NCBI GenBank assembly: GCA_037447605.1
Contig: CM074811.1
Span: 2,914,001 to 2,978,000 of the forward strand
Reading direction: 5' to 3'
DNA: 64,000 nt
Source of the DNA: Zygnema circumcarinatum SAG 698-1b
Lineage: Eukaryota > Plantae > Zygnematophyceae
Shown here: positions 47,801 through 60,071 of the stretch, one piece after another
How the letters are laid out: each line of letters opens with the position of its first letter
How positions within the stretch are numbered: the stretch's first letter is position 1
The notes under the pieces: generated by a model
Seen by the model: the letters and a program-made list of their open reading frames with translations, nothing else
What the model was told of the DNA's origin: nothing
The model's database searches: none
Made by a program: the position numbers and the translations under genes

Positions 47801-47859
47801 CAGCTGTGCGCAATAGACGATGCTATGGGACATACACGTATGTTCCAGGTCACAGCCAT
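44856..47859 (-). CDS. Uncharacterised, probably plastid-targeted protein; exons 47859-47043, 46691-46576, 46236-46078, 45730-45677, 45450-45358, 44912-44856; final exon(s) toward ~44390 unresolved
   Basis: Ser/Cys/Arg-rich transit-peptide-like N-terminus ending VVRAEASGS. Phase-consistent GT-AG exons give AMEDFVDACMEARMEGIDLPQVQL...ESRVRMSWIRLVYTTLHL...MDGFVVQTVRLALEEGFDLTRVSLEQ. Confidence 0.7.
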
Positions 47860-48322
47860 CGTTTCCACTTGCACCTGCTTCTAATTCTTGCATGTATCAT
47901 CCAAAAGATACATGCCGAAATGAAAAAGGAAAAGTAATTTTGGCTCAATGCAGATACAGAACCAGAACTGTCCGGCGCTTATCCCGATCTCGGAGTGACC
48001 TATTCGCGCTCTGGCGCGGAAGGGCCCAGTAGACCCCTGCCCTCTCAGGAGCTCTGCTTGCTGCAAAAGGAGAGGATGTTGCAGCGACTCCACTTCGGTG
48101 CAGTGAAGGGATACAGTTTCAGTCCAGAATAGAGCTTCAAGGTGACTGTCAGGCTTTATTCGGTTTTGTTTAGCTGAAGTTTTTGACTGCCTCATTGCTG
48201 TGCTTCCTGCATGTTTGCTTCTTTTCTTCATCATTTGAAGACTCTTTCAGCATACTCGTTCGGATTCTGGAATACTTGTGGCTGGAGTATCACAATCCTC
48301 TCATTTCTTTGTTTAAAGAAAT

Positions 48323-50000
48323 GTGAGATCAGTTATTATTATTGCAAGTTTTGGTCATGGCAAGTTATCTTTGCACCGTTCTCGTAGTCCTCGTCAGAGG
48401 TCTTGCCTTGACTTAACTTGTTTCACGATTGCATGGTTGCTCATGGTCGGGGATTTTTTTTACTCTGGCAGGGACAAGATCATGATGTGGCCGTCTGCGA
48501 AGTCCCTCACAAAGGAAACTTCATTTGGAGCGCAGCTTGCCTTCATTAAGAGTGTGGTCGGTGCAATCGATGTCCACTGCTCGTCAAATTTGAACGTGTT
48601 TGTACCATTCCCTTCTCTGCATACTCTCTTTCAGTCTTCTCTGATTCGACCCGGCTATGAGACTCCAATGGGAGAGCTTGCAAAAAAGTTCATAGACTCT
48701 GGCAGTGGCACAGCTCAAGAAAAGGCAGCTGGATTTAGTGTTTTGAAGCCAAGTGAAGAACCTTTGGAAAGGGCAGTGTTCAATCCTTCAACATCTCTCA
48801 TGGAGTCTGTGTTCCCGTTCTTTTCCCAACTGCGGGCCAGCGTTGCCAACATAAGTTCAGCAACAAGTAGAAAACAAGCGTAGTGTAAGCCTTTTTCCTT
48901 GAATTATCCTGTCCGAACCTTCACTTGTGCAACCACAGCCTTGTTAGAGGACGTGAGCTTTTAAAGATGCTGATGCCCGGCCACGTTATGGTGTAATTCT
49001 GTCTTGCCCTTTGCCGATCGAGAACAGAAGTATTTCAAGAGAACAACAGACGGAGGCGGAAAACCTTTTTGAGCTATTTCAGTACCTTGCGATTGTGCTT
49101 CTTCAGGATGCTTGTTTCTTGATGCATTTGCCTATCTTCCAGCGCCAGCGCGGAGGGAGCCTCTTCTAAGGGTGAGAACTGTTGACATTCATATTCTCCC
49201 CAATAGAATTCGACATCAGAAAGAGTTGTTGGCACTTGAGGAGACGCATGTGACATTAGTTCAAGGATTAGGTTTGAAGAGTTTGCATTCTTTTTGATGC
49301 GCAGATGATGAACATCGGAACACAGAGGTTGGTGGATCTTTTGGATAAACGTTATCGTCTCTGTGAGGAATTATGTAAGCACTTCCAGTTGAGATGGCTA
49401 ATGAGATGGCAGCGGAAAATGGGCATATTATCTCATTTTCTATCCAAGGAGTGTTTGTAAAACAGCATGCTGAAATTGCTACATTTGTTGATCCATTAGG
49501 AGGGAGTACTATGAGAAGAGCTTGACCTTGAGCTCACTTTTTTCTTCGTGTGGGTGTGAATGAGTGCAGGGAAGAATACCAATCACTCGCAGAGCAGCTT
49601 CGCGCTGGTAAGGAGCCTTGTCACAGTCAATTATGAGAGGTTGCTGAAGCGTTTACATGCAGTTAAGGGTTAGGAGCTACTCTTTTCCTCCAGTAAGGAT
49701 GGCAGCACTCAAAATTATAATCGTCATTAGCATTACAATCGTTAATGCATAAAAAGGCATGCATAAGCAGATTAGCAAAGCAGACGAGGATAATCACGAG
49801 CTAACTTCCTTTATATTTTCCCGATTCGAATAACAATTTGCTGTTCGTTTCATGAAGGTTTCAATGGTCTGGGACGTTTGATGCTTCACTCCAAAGCTCA
49901 GTACCAAGGAAGTTTAGTTATCGTCAATCTTAACTTCGTCATAGCCATAGTCTCGTTGGGATTCATTGCAGCGGTGAAGAAGAAGTTCGGAAAGTCCTAA
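48323..50000 (+). CDS. Possible multi-exon gene of unknown function (structure unresolved)
   Basis: 186-codon ORF 48323-48883 plus exon-like segments with AG/GT boundaries (MMNIGTQRLVDLLDKRYRLCEEL|gtaagc ~49306-49375; REEYQSLAEQLRA|gtaagg; VSLGFIAAVKKKFGKS* ending 50000). No homology recognised. Confidence 0.3.
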
Positions 50001-50919
50001 CGACTGCAGCGTGATAGAGATCATTGAAGGGGATGAGAAGATGCGGATCAATTTCATCTCCGTTTGAAACACCAATAGAAAGGATGCAGGACTGAGGGTG
50101 CCTTGTCATGTTTCAAAATTGGTGTCTAGTTTTTTTGCAAAGTTGGAAAACCAGGTTAACTCAAAAGAATTGGAGCAGTTTACAGGTGGGGACCAGCTTT
50201 AAGCTGGCTGGGAGGCCAGAGGGTTCTTGAGGATAGTCCATACTCATAGGCTGCTAACATCACACTAGCGCAGTATCTGGCGGTCATCTGCAAGCTTTAG
50301 CCCTTATATTTTTTTTTTTTGCCAAGATTCTGTCATCCACTCGTGACCTGCCGAGCGTTCCCACGCTTTCTAAAACGTTCAGGCATAAAACCATGATTTC
50401 GTGAAGAACGTTGACCAGTGATTGTATGCAACGTTGATACTGCGCCCCATTCGCTGTCGTCTTTTTTGGATTGCGCGGGAGTGGTTCACATCCCCAGAGT
50501 TCCAAACATATGGAAAACAGAAAACCTTACGAAAAGACAATAGGACCCGTGACAATGTGCAAGGGTGGGCCTTGTTGTCTTCGAAAGTATCCCAAAGTCC
50601 CGCCTGCCATATACATCACCTCAAAATAGCCAAAACTGAACCCTTGCACGTAAAATGCGTGCAGATTAAGAAGAATACGACAATTACAGAGTACAAGAAA
50701 AATGTATATACAATGCGGACAGCAATTTTGTTTACAAAGATAGGCGGCTGTACCCATGCGCTAGCCTCCCCCCCCGTACTATAAACAAATCACACAAAAA
50801 AGAATGGCCGCTTGATTGCTCAGCCTGTAAAAAAAACAAAATAACAACCAATCAAACTCTTTTTCGAGCTCTTCTTACTCCCTCCCAAAACCTGCAGAAA
50901 CTCCCGCCTGTAAAACACA

Positions 50920-52628
50920 TTAAGCCAACCAGGAGCTCTCCAGCTGCTTGTGCAGCGCAGGTCCGAAACATTTCGCCTTCATGAGAGAGAAGCTCGTGCA
51001 GTTCCCCGCAACCGATGCAATTTTAGTCGTCTTCAAAATGTAGCACGCGTGCCTCTTACTCCTCCTTTCTTGAATCACGAGTCCCCAAAAATCTGTTGCC
51101 GGCTCCACATCCTCCACAGCCTCTCTGCTATCTAAGCACAATCCCTTATATTCCAGACCATAACGTTTCTCCCCGTCACTCGAATCCAGGCGGTGCACAA
51201 GCACTACAGCTTCCGGAGAGCTTTCCAAGACAGCATCTCTGACAGAAGTCCATGCGGTGGGATCCACAAAAAGCTCCTCAGAAACCGGTTTCCATAATCC
51301 TTTCTGCCCCATTTTGCCATTATCGACGACTAGATGCAAGAAAGGAGCGTCCTTTAATCTGCGCACAATCTGCAGCAGCAAGCGACAGCAGTTGTCAGAT
51401 TTTACGCCAATAGAAACCGCTTTCAATTAACCTAAACGATGTCAAATTCATCAGAAGAGCTCAAGGATCATGGCGAGGAGCAAGGGAAGTTCCTATTTTA
51501 ATCTAATTTTAGGATCAGCGGAAACAGCGACCAGGCTCTGCATACGTTACAAAGTCTTCCCTATTCCAGTACTGACAGTCGTACTAACTTTTCCCAGCAA
51601 AGTGCGAGTCCAGCCTATCCGCGTGATGATGTTCTCCATCATCACACGAAACAGACCACATCAAATATCATCGTTCACCACACCTCAATACTGCCCCCTT
51701 AAACTCCTTTCTAAGGTGTTCCATATGCCCCCACATCCCAGTAGATAAGCTCATCCAAAAAAAAAAAATGGGCTGGGAAGCAGAAACAGTGAGTTTTCCG
51801 TACCTCAACCACGCCCTCGTGAAGCCATCTTTCTATTGTGTTCTCGAAGCGTTTGCTCTCATTTGGTCGCTCCATTGGCGCCGTCTCCCTCACCGCCACC
51901 CCTCTCTCGGCAAGCAATCTGTCAGCTGCTATTGCCTGCCACCTGTACTGAAAGCGCCTCCCGCAGCATCCTGCACGACAGTGGATTGCCAAAGAAGGCG
52001 TCAGATGCAGTTGAAAATAAAACAAAATGCTGCTGAACTGAATCTAGGGTCTTCACCAAACTAAGCAAGAACGGAGGGGCATACATGCCTGAATTTTCTG
52101 ACTGCATGTCATGTAATGAATCACCTGATTTGGATGCTGATATGCGCTGACATTCACTGAGACTGTTTCCTGGAGGAGGTCGTGCTGGCTCCAGTCTGCA
52201 AACGACATGCTCCGCAAAACAAGTTTGAAAAGGTCCCCTTCAGGGCAGACTGCTGACAAACCCTAGTTTGTCAACTACCATCCACAGTAGAAAAATCAAC
52301 ATCGCGATAGTCCTCCGACTTTAGAAGCTGCCCTTTGCCTTGAACGCAACACCGACCTAACAACGAAGCATCAACGAACAAACCTTGACCCTGAAGAGGG
52401 TCTGCGAAAGCGAGTACCAGATTTAGGGCAGACCATCCAAACATACACAACCTTCCCACTCACAGCAGCAGCAACAGCATGCGGTCCTTACCTGCAAATA
52501 CATGGCGTCTGGAAGGCCCTACTCGCGAGATTCTCTCCAAATGAAGCGAACGCGGACGCAGACGGGCAATCCCGCACAGGGAGAGACCCCAACCCTAACG
52601 CGCGAGACGCATCCATGGCTGCTGCCAT
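50920..52628 (-). CDS. Plant-type protein of unknown function, about 5 exons; early junctions approximate
   Basis: The last exon IVRRLKDAPFLHLV...FWGLVIQERRSKRHACYILKTTKIASVAGNCTSFSLMKAKCFGPALHKQLESSWLA* resembles a conserved land-plant DUF-type domain (WG.VIQ...CY.LKT...CT.F.L.K...QL...WL), preceded by IERWLHEGVVE|gt. Confidence 0.7.
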
Positions 52629-52908
52629 TCCTTCCTGCTCTTCCTCTCCTTCTCCTCTCCCGCTCCTACTGCTATACCTCTCCCACTTCTCCTCCTCTCC
52701 CTATCCTTCTGCTCTCTCTCTCCTCTCCCTCTCCTACTCTCCCTTTCCTCTACCTCTCTCCCTCCGTCTCCCTCTCCCTCTCCGCCTCCTGTGTCAGCCG
52801 CTTCTCCACCCTTTCTTCAAGGGCCTCTACTCCCTCTGCCCTAGAGTTGGTGCATTCCAGCGTGGCAAAATACTGCCACCATGGCAGTCATCTCGCTAAT
52901 GCAAAACA

Positions 52909-53147
52909 GCCACGTGGCATCTCTGCCCCCGAGGCACGCGCGCACGGCACGCGCTTTTGACGCGCAGAGCGCCGGCGAGGACGCGCCGCCTGCTGACGTG
53001 GTCATCCGGGAACGACGTGGCGTGGCACATGCAAGGGAGCCGCGCGGCCACGTTGGACACCACGTCACCTCTGTACGGTCAGCAACCGTGGACGGCCGTC
53101 CGCCTCTCGCTGGGCCGGAGGGACGTGCGCGCAACGGAGCCACGTGG
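52909..53147. promoter_or_regulatory. Cluster of ACGTGG (G-box/ABRE-like) cores upstream of the 50920-52628 gene
   Basis: At least six ACGTGG cores on either strand in ~240 bp, including two palindromic GCCACGTGGC (~52909, ~53139). Confidence 0.45.
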
Positions 53148-53181
53148 CGGGACGGGATAGGGCCTTCGATGGCACGGTATA

Positions 53182-54386
53182 CAGTGCACTCACGTTATAG
53201 TGACATTGTTTATAAAAACAGCATGGATATATTGACGTTTTTTCCGGGAACGGAATTGCACCACTGCAGATCCTGCGCCAGTAGTGACGCCATTACGGAT
53301 ATAACGACGTTTGAAATGAACGGGATGATATATTGAACTCACGATGGCAAGGCCATCAAACGTACATGAAGAAAATCAACATCGGGAACCAAAGGGAGCG
53401 GTCACAATGAACTAAAGGTCAAAGAAAAAGTTTCTGAACGAATGTCTACTCCTAGGCTCAACAACACGGCACTAGAAGCAGCCGCAAAGGTCGCCAAGAT
53501 GTGGCGCAACACGCGTAGGAAGGGGTGGGCGACCACCGGGACGAGCACCAACAATCGCCGCACGCCGGAGGATGGTGGAAGCAAGGCAACGCTGCAAAGC
53601 GATAGAAATGCGCTGTCGATAAAAAGTCGCGAGGATTGCTGGGGGAGGGCTTCCGGGGCCGAGCATCTCAAAGGAGCGATGGGCGCACTGGCGAAGGAAG
53701 ACATCCAACCGAGCATCGAGGCAGCCAAAAATCTCGATCGCCAACGGAACAAACTCATCGGCTGAGTCGCGGTGAGCATACGCACGCTCCTTACGGAGGG
53801 CCGCGTCTCGAGTAGCGACGCCCTTGTGGTGTGCAGAACGGGATAATATGGCATGGCGAGTCGGATCAGCCAATACAACGTCCCCAAAAATATGCCGCGC
53901 GCCGTCTAAAAGAGCAAGGTCGGGACGCACGCCGCGCTCGCCAGTCGTAGTCTGCCGAGGTGGGATAACATGGGACGGCTCACATTGCACAAGGTAACCC
54001 GCCTCCTAAGCCACGGCGGCAATAGCGTCACGGACCGTTTGAAAAACCCTAATTGTTACTTTATATTCAAAATCTCGATATTATCCACCCACGTATCGGA
54101 AAATATGTTACAAATAACCGTATACATTATTGACAAATACCGTCAGATATCGAGTCGACCGTACACATCAACTTGACCGTACACATGCTCACTAGGTTCG
54201 TACACACCTACCCCAGTGACGACTCCCCAAAAAGTACAATGTACGGTATCAAAGGTGTACGGATATGCCGCAAAAACATCTGTAACAACATTGTCACTAT
54301 ATATGTTAAATGACAAACGGGTCATTACGGATATAGTGACACAAATATGTGCGGACCGACACGGTCACTATAACGTGAGTACCCCG
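53182..54386. mobile_element. Non-autonomous Tc1/mariner (pogo-like) element with TA target duplication
   Basis: Left TA|CAGTGCACTCACGTTATAGTGAC and right GTCACTATAACGTGAGTACCCCG|TA. The 17-bp core ACTCACGTTATAGTGAC is perfectly inverted (53188-53204 / 54364-54380). Internal ATTACGGATATA repeats. Confidence 0.8.
53317..54035 (-). mobile_element. 5'-truncated RLE-type (CRE-like) non-LTR retrotransposon with a 9-bp TSD, nested in the pogo-like element
   Basis: ORF remnant 53472-53990: VRPDLAL...IFGDVVLADP...AALRKERAY...FVPLAIEIFGCL...FYRQRISIALQR (restriction-like endonuclease RPD..D...K pattern). Flanked by the direct repeat CGTTTGAAA at 53308-53316 and 54036-54044. Confidence 0.85.
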
Positions 54387-55945
54387 TAGAACATTTGTCA
54401 TTTAGCCGACCGATTCTGTTAATCGTACAGAAAACGAAAGGGGCCATGCCTATTTATCTTTCAGGCTCGCAAAGCGATGATAGTGTGACGGTTTATATGC
54501 AACTGAAGAGACGAATTCAATTGCTGTTGAACCATTTCATGAGAGGCTCTCTCTGACACGTAACTACGAAAACTTCCTGCGACAGTTGCTGAAGCACAGC
54601 GACAGTCAATGCAATAACTATAACCTGAAAAAGTACTGTTCACTGTGCTGTCCTCTGCAGCATTCGAGGTATAACACATGCCCTCGTGCTAAGTTGGTCA
54701 GTACACAATGAGTGAGGTTTGGAGGGAGGGAGGGGGAGAGGGAGAGAGGCAGAGGAAGGGTGAGTGGGGGAGGTGGGATAGGAAAGGGAGAAAAATATGT
54801 GGAGCAGAATCTCTACGTGTGTTGCTTCGGTTCGTGATGAAGGGAGAGTGCGATTGAGAGCCCTTGGCCGTTCTATGCCAGTTCTAGTCGACCGGCTAGT
54901 GTCTGGAAGATTATCTTTGGCGAGGTTAGTGTGGTTGGTCGCTGCTTAGTCGACCAACGCTTGTGACGTGACGTGACTGATTCCCCACCCCCCCCTCCCC
55001 CCCCCCCCCCAACCAGTCTCCTTTGAACAAATCGACCCGCCGGACCGCACACCAAAATGACGATGACATTGTTCTGACTTCTGACCAAAGAGCACACAAC
55101 ATTCCTTGGCGTCATTCTCAACTTCTCACATGTCCTCAATAGAGACGCGATCATGGTCTGCTGCCCAACAAAAGAGAGCGATTGACTGTCTGCATGACGC
55201 CGCAATGTCAAAAAGAAACGAAAGCTGAAGACGAACCATCCATCCATCCATCCATCCATCCATCCATCCCTCAAGCGTGCCTTTATGCATCCGCTGTGCA
55301 TGCCATTACCATGGTGCGTCCACTCCCTCATTATGCCATGCATGTGCAGGTACGTGCACTACTATATAGCCATAATAAGTTTGACCGCCTCCACCTCCTC
55401 TGAAAGTGCGAAGGAGGGAGGAGAGGCGTCACGCGCCCCATGGGCCGCCCTCGCATGGGACAAAAGTCGCATGCCTGTTCGCACTCGCTGAGGCCGCGGT
55501 CAGTCGGTGTTGTGTCGTCGCGCAGGCCCTGATCCGCCGCTAAAAGGCACGCTTGCATATGGAGGAGACCGTCAGGAGCAGGACGATGAAGGAAAGTGAA
55601 TCTTGAAAGAGTGGTGGAAAATGACTAGAGGAGCATGAAAAGAATCCGTTATTTGAATGCAACGAATGACCTCCCTAGGAATTTGATGCAATAAGATAAC
55701 TCTTTGTGTCTTGTGAAGAAGATCATAACGGATGTCTTGTAAAAGCAAAGCAAACTTCCCATCAGATAGCCTAATGATAACAAACAAAGTAAATCAATTT
55801 CAACGATTGTGCAAAGTCGAATCTATACATTCCAAAATGATCAGAAGAACGACAGGAAATAGACTGCAAAAGTAAGCAGCAGAAGCCATAGGAGGTGTCA
55901 AGGGACAAGGCGAAGAGTACCAGCATCGGTAACGGGAGGAGGGGC

Positions 55946-58900
55946 TCAAGGAGAACGGCTCGGAGGGGGACGTCGAGGAGGAGGTCGACGGCTGGGAGGA
56001 GGTTTACGTGGAGGGGGACTTTTCGAAGGGGGCCGAGGACGGGGAGGAGGGGATCGTGAAGCTGCAAGAATGCAGGGCATTGTGTTAGTTCACATTCATA
56101 ATTAAAAGTGAACTCACTCCTTCCATAGCTTACATATTCTAATCGAAACACGTCCTTATAAACGTTCTGGGAGGATGCAGAACGAAATGAAAACCCATTC
56201 AAACTGCATTCAGTGTGCTCTAACAGCAACGACAATGTAAAAATTGATAGCAATGCGATAGTTTTCACAAGCTATGCCACCCTTTTACTTTTCCTTTCTT
56301 GCGAGTATCTGCAAGCAGCAGGTTGCAACTCACCGCATGTGCCCGATACCAGCGCATATCCCTTGTCGCATGTACACGTGGCCGTGTCGTACCCGCACGT
56401 GCCGCGGCCCCCGCACGCTCCCTCGGGAGACCCGCTCTGGCAGAAGGCCGCGCACTTTTGCGGAGATTTCTGCTTCTTAGGGGTTTTAGGGGCGCCACAT
56501 CCTGTGATATTACGAAAAATGCAGTTGCTGTTGAGATTGAGTGGGCAATACGATTTCCCAGACGCTGTAAGTTTGATTGGCCCGGAGAAGTAGTTGTATT
56601 GGACCTCCAGGTCCACTTCGTTATCGGTCGTAAGAGTTATGGAGCCAGTCAACTTGTTGTTGTTTAACTGCCTGCTGACATCAACGGTGGTGCGTTAGAG
56701 TGAGAGGGAGGAGGTTTCCCAAAGATCTAAAACCTTAAAGCCTAAACCCTAACCCTAATCCGTAAAATGGAAACACATTCACTCAAGAAAATTACGTCCA
56801 ATCTCTTGCATGCATGACTGAGCATTATTTTTCGTGAAAGAAGCTAGCGCCGTGATAGAAGTGAACAAAGCGAAACAATTTGTTCCTGAATTATGAGATA
56901 AGATCTCATGCAAACGCGAATTTAACGTTATAGTGTCCGAGGTACAAATGCTTTTCGCCAAGAACCAAAAAATTTCAAACTGCAAATATAACGTTATCGA
57001 TGCGGCGGTGCTTACAGGTACTCCAGCCGGGTGAGTTTAGAGATAAAGCCGGACACTCTCCCCTCCAGTTTGTTATTGTCCAGCAACCTACAGACATACA
57101 TAACGACAAAAAACTCAACGAGAAGGATTAGGCTTTTATCTGAACAAAAGTTCGAACCAAAGTACAGCAACTCCACGTTTAAAGTCCGTGAAAACATGCG
57201 GCCTTGAGCATGCATGCGTAAGGCCGCATGTGGGCAGCATGCATGCATGCGCGAAAAACTGCCAGAAATAAAAAAAAAGGCACTGAATAAACTTGCTGAC
57301 TCTACTAGCATTTCTATCACTGCCATTCCTGTCTGGCATAGCTATCTTTTACATTGCAAATTGAAGGGGGAAAACACTCACAAGTAGTGGAGATTCATAA
57401 GGTTGCCGATAGATTTTGGGATAGACCCCGTTAGGGAATTATTAGACAAGACTCTGCCAAAAAATAGGAAAGAAAGGCATCACAAATCTGGCCCCATGTT
57501 TGCAGCAAAAGCAAAAGTGACGTGGAAAGAATCCTCGAGTGAATGCGGATTTTTAGGTTTTCAGATTTATGAGGGAAAACACTTACAAGAAGTACAGATT
57601 TGCAAGGTTGCCGATAGAATCCGGGATAGACCCCGATAGGGCATTCCCATCCAAGAATCTGCCAAAACAAAAAAAAAAAAGGGACGGCATAACGAATTTG
57701 GCCCATGTTTTTAGCAAAAGCAAAAGACACGTGGAAAGAATGCTCAAGTGAATGCGGCGGACTTTTAGTATTTCAGATTAAAGGGGAAAAATACTTACAA
57801 TGCTTGCAGATTCGCAAGGCTGCCGATAGCATGCGGGATAGAACCCGAGAGAAAATTACGTGAGCAGCTTCTGCCAAATTATAAAAAAAATAGGAACTGA
57901 ATAAATATGCTCCCACAGCTCCATGCTCCCAATGCTGTTGACTAGCATTTCTGTCACAGGCATACCTCTGTCTAAAATTTCAATCACTTTCATTTCAGAT
58001 ATATGAAGAAAAATACTTACAAGACGTTCAGATTCTTGGGGAAAAATACTTACAATGTGGACAGTTCCGAAAGGTTGCCGATAGAATCGGGAATAGACCC
58101 CGTAAGTGAATTAGAATCCAAGATTCTGCCAAAAATAAAAAAAAGGCACTGAATAAAATTGCTGCCGCGATTGGCATGTATATCACTGGCATTCCTCTAT
58201 CTGGCATTTCTATCACTTTCATTTCAAATTGAAGGGGAAAAGTACTTACAAGTACTTCAGATTCGCAAGGTTGCCGATAAAATCCGGGAAAGACCCCGTT
58301 AGGGAATTATTAGACAAGTCTCTGCCAAAAAATAGAAAAGAAAGGCGTCACGAATCCGGCCCATGCTTGCAGCAGATGAAACAGTGCCTTTGAAAGAATG
58401 CTCAAGTGAATGCGGCGGATTTTTAGGTTTTCAAATTTATGGGGAAAAATACTTACAATAAATGCAGATTCGCAAGGCTGCCGATAGCATGCGGGATAGA
58501 CCCCGAGAGGATACAACCATAGCAGCTTCTGCCAAAATTAAAAAAAAAAAAATAGGAACTGAATAAACGTGCTGCCATGACTAGCATTTCTGTCACAGGC
58601 ATTCCTCTGTCTGAAATTTCTATCACTTTCATTCCAGATTTCTGGGGAAAATACTTACAAGGCGTTCAGATTCTTGGAGGAAAAATACTTACAATACGGA
58701 CAGATTCGCAAGGTTGCCGATAGAATCCGGAATATACCCTCTTAGAGCATTCCCATCCAAGAATCTGCCAAAAAAAGAAAAAAAAGGGCACTGAATAAAC
58801 ATGCTGCCACGATTAGCATTTCTATCGCTTGAATCCATCTGTCTGACCTTTCTATCTCTATAATATCAGAAAAATACTTACAATTCATGCAAATTTGTAA

Positions 58901-60071
58901 GGTTGCCGATAGAATCTGGAATAGACCCCGAGAGGGAATTTTTACCCAAGTATCTGTAGAAAATAAAACGAAGAGTCATTGAACAGACACGCTGCAAAGA
59001 CTAGCATTCCTCTATCTGGAATTTCTACAACTTTCATTCCAAATTAGTGGGGAAAAGGACTTACAATCCTTGCAGGTTCACAAGGTTGCTGATAGAATCC
59101 GGGATAGACCCCGCGAGGGAATTGTAACCCAAGTTTCTGCCAAAAAGTAGAAAAGAAAGGTATCACAAATTTGGCCCATGTTTGCAGCAAAAGCGAAAGT
59201 GACGTGGAAAGAATGCTCAAGTGAATGCGGGGGAGTCGAGCATCGACAACACGTCCGTGCGCGCGACGTGACACGTGACCAGGACGCAAGCACGCACGCA
59301 TTGGCAGCTCCACTTCTCCGAAAGTTGCAGTGCTCCTACAAATGAAGCACATCCCAACATCTGAGCCCTCCCTACCACAGTGTACACACAACCATGCATC
59401 GGAAGCATCCTGATGGAACTTTATGAAATGGAGCCACTTACAAGGATGTCAGCTTTGTCAGGTTGCCGATGGCAGGTGAAATGCTTCCTCCAATTTCGAA
59501 GTTCTGTAAATAACTGCATAAGGCAGGTTAGCAGTGAGAGCGTCAGAAGAAGAAAGGGCCGCGGGCAGTAGCAGGACTGCTCCGGGCGGCCCTTTTCATT
59601 CCATTTCTGTGGGGTCTTCTTCCCGTAGACCCTCCTCGTAGCCTCGGGCTGCAGTTCAGGAATCACAAACGGTATTCAGTCAAAGTGTAGCTCACATGTC
59701 AAAAACGCGCCCGCTTGCGTCGCATGTGATCCCACTCCATTTGCTGCAAAGGCGGTTACTCGACTTCCAGGAGGATAGGAGATCTTGTCCGTTGGTGAAT
59801 GCCGCTTTGACAGCGAGAAGAGCGTCCCCTGCGCCCAAGCGCAAGCAGATGCAGGATTGGATTGAGGCCGCGGTGCGCTTCAAAAAGCACAAACAGAGGC
59901 CCCGCCGCGGGCAGGCCGCCTCTCCCCTTCTTCCATAGAGGGCGGGCGGGCGGGCCGCGGCGGCTCACTGTCTCGCGGGTCGATGGCCTGAGCGGCGGCT
60001 TCGCGCGGGGCGGCGGCGGCGGCAAAGAGGAGGAGCGCCGCCGCGAGAGAGAGAGACCGCGCGCGCGCCAT
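55946..60071 (-). CDS. LRR gene A: secreted LRR + EGF-like + Arg/Pro-rich-tail protein, ~493 aa. Exons 60071-59969, 59828-59696, eleven 72-nt LRR exons (59513-59442, 59136-59065, 58953-58882, 58764-58693, 58528-58457, 58321-58250, 58125-58054, 57870-57799, 57658-57587, 57453-57382, 57087-57016), 56671-56334, 56061-55946
   Basis: Signal peptide, plant LRR N-cap (ALLAVKAAF...LSSW...CSKWSGITCD), 24-aa plant LRRs (xLxxNSLTGSIPDSIGNLxNLxxL), Cys-rich cap and EGF-like CGGRGTCGYDTATCTCDKGYALVSGTC. The total of 1482 nt is in frame. The last exon choice (SRSPPPRPRPP...SRSP*) is my best guess. Confidence 0.85.

Noticed and set aside
54461-55560. Short ORFs and splice-like signals between the pogo element and LRR gene A
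   Set aside because: No coherent model and no homology; may be UTR or intergenic.
55771-56268. 165-aa minus ORF as the continuation of LRR gene A
   Set aside because: Its second half is the off-frame reading of the Pro/Arg-rich exon; direct phase-1 splicing 56334 to 56061 is more parsimonious, though not proven.
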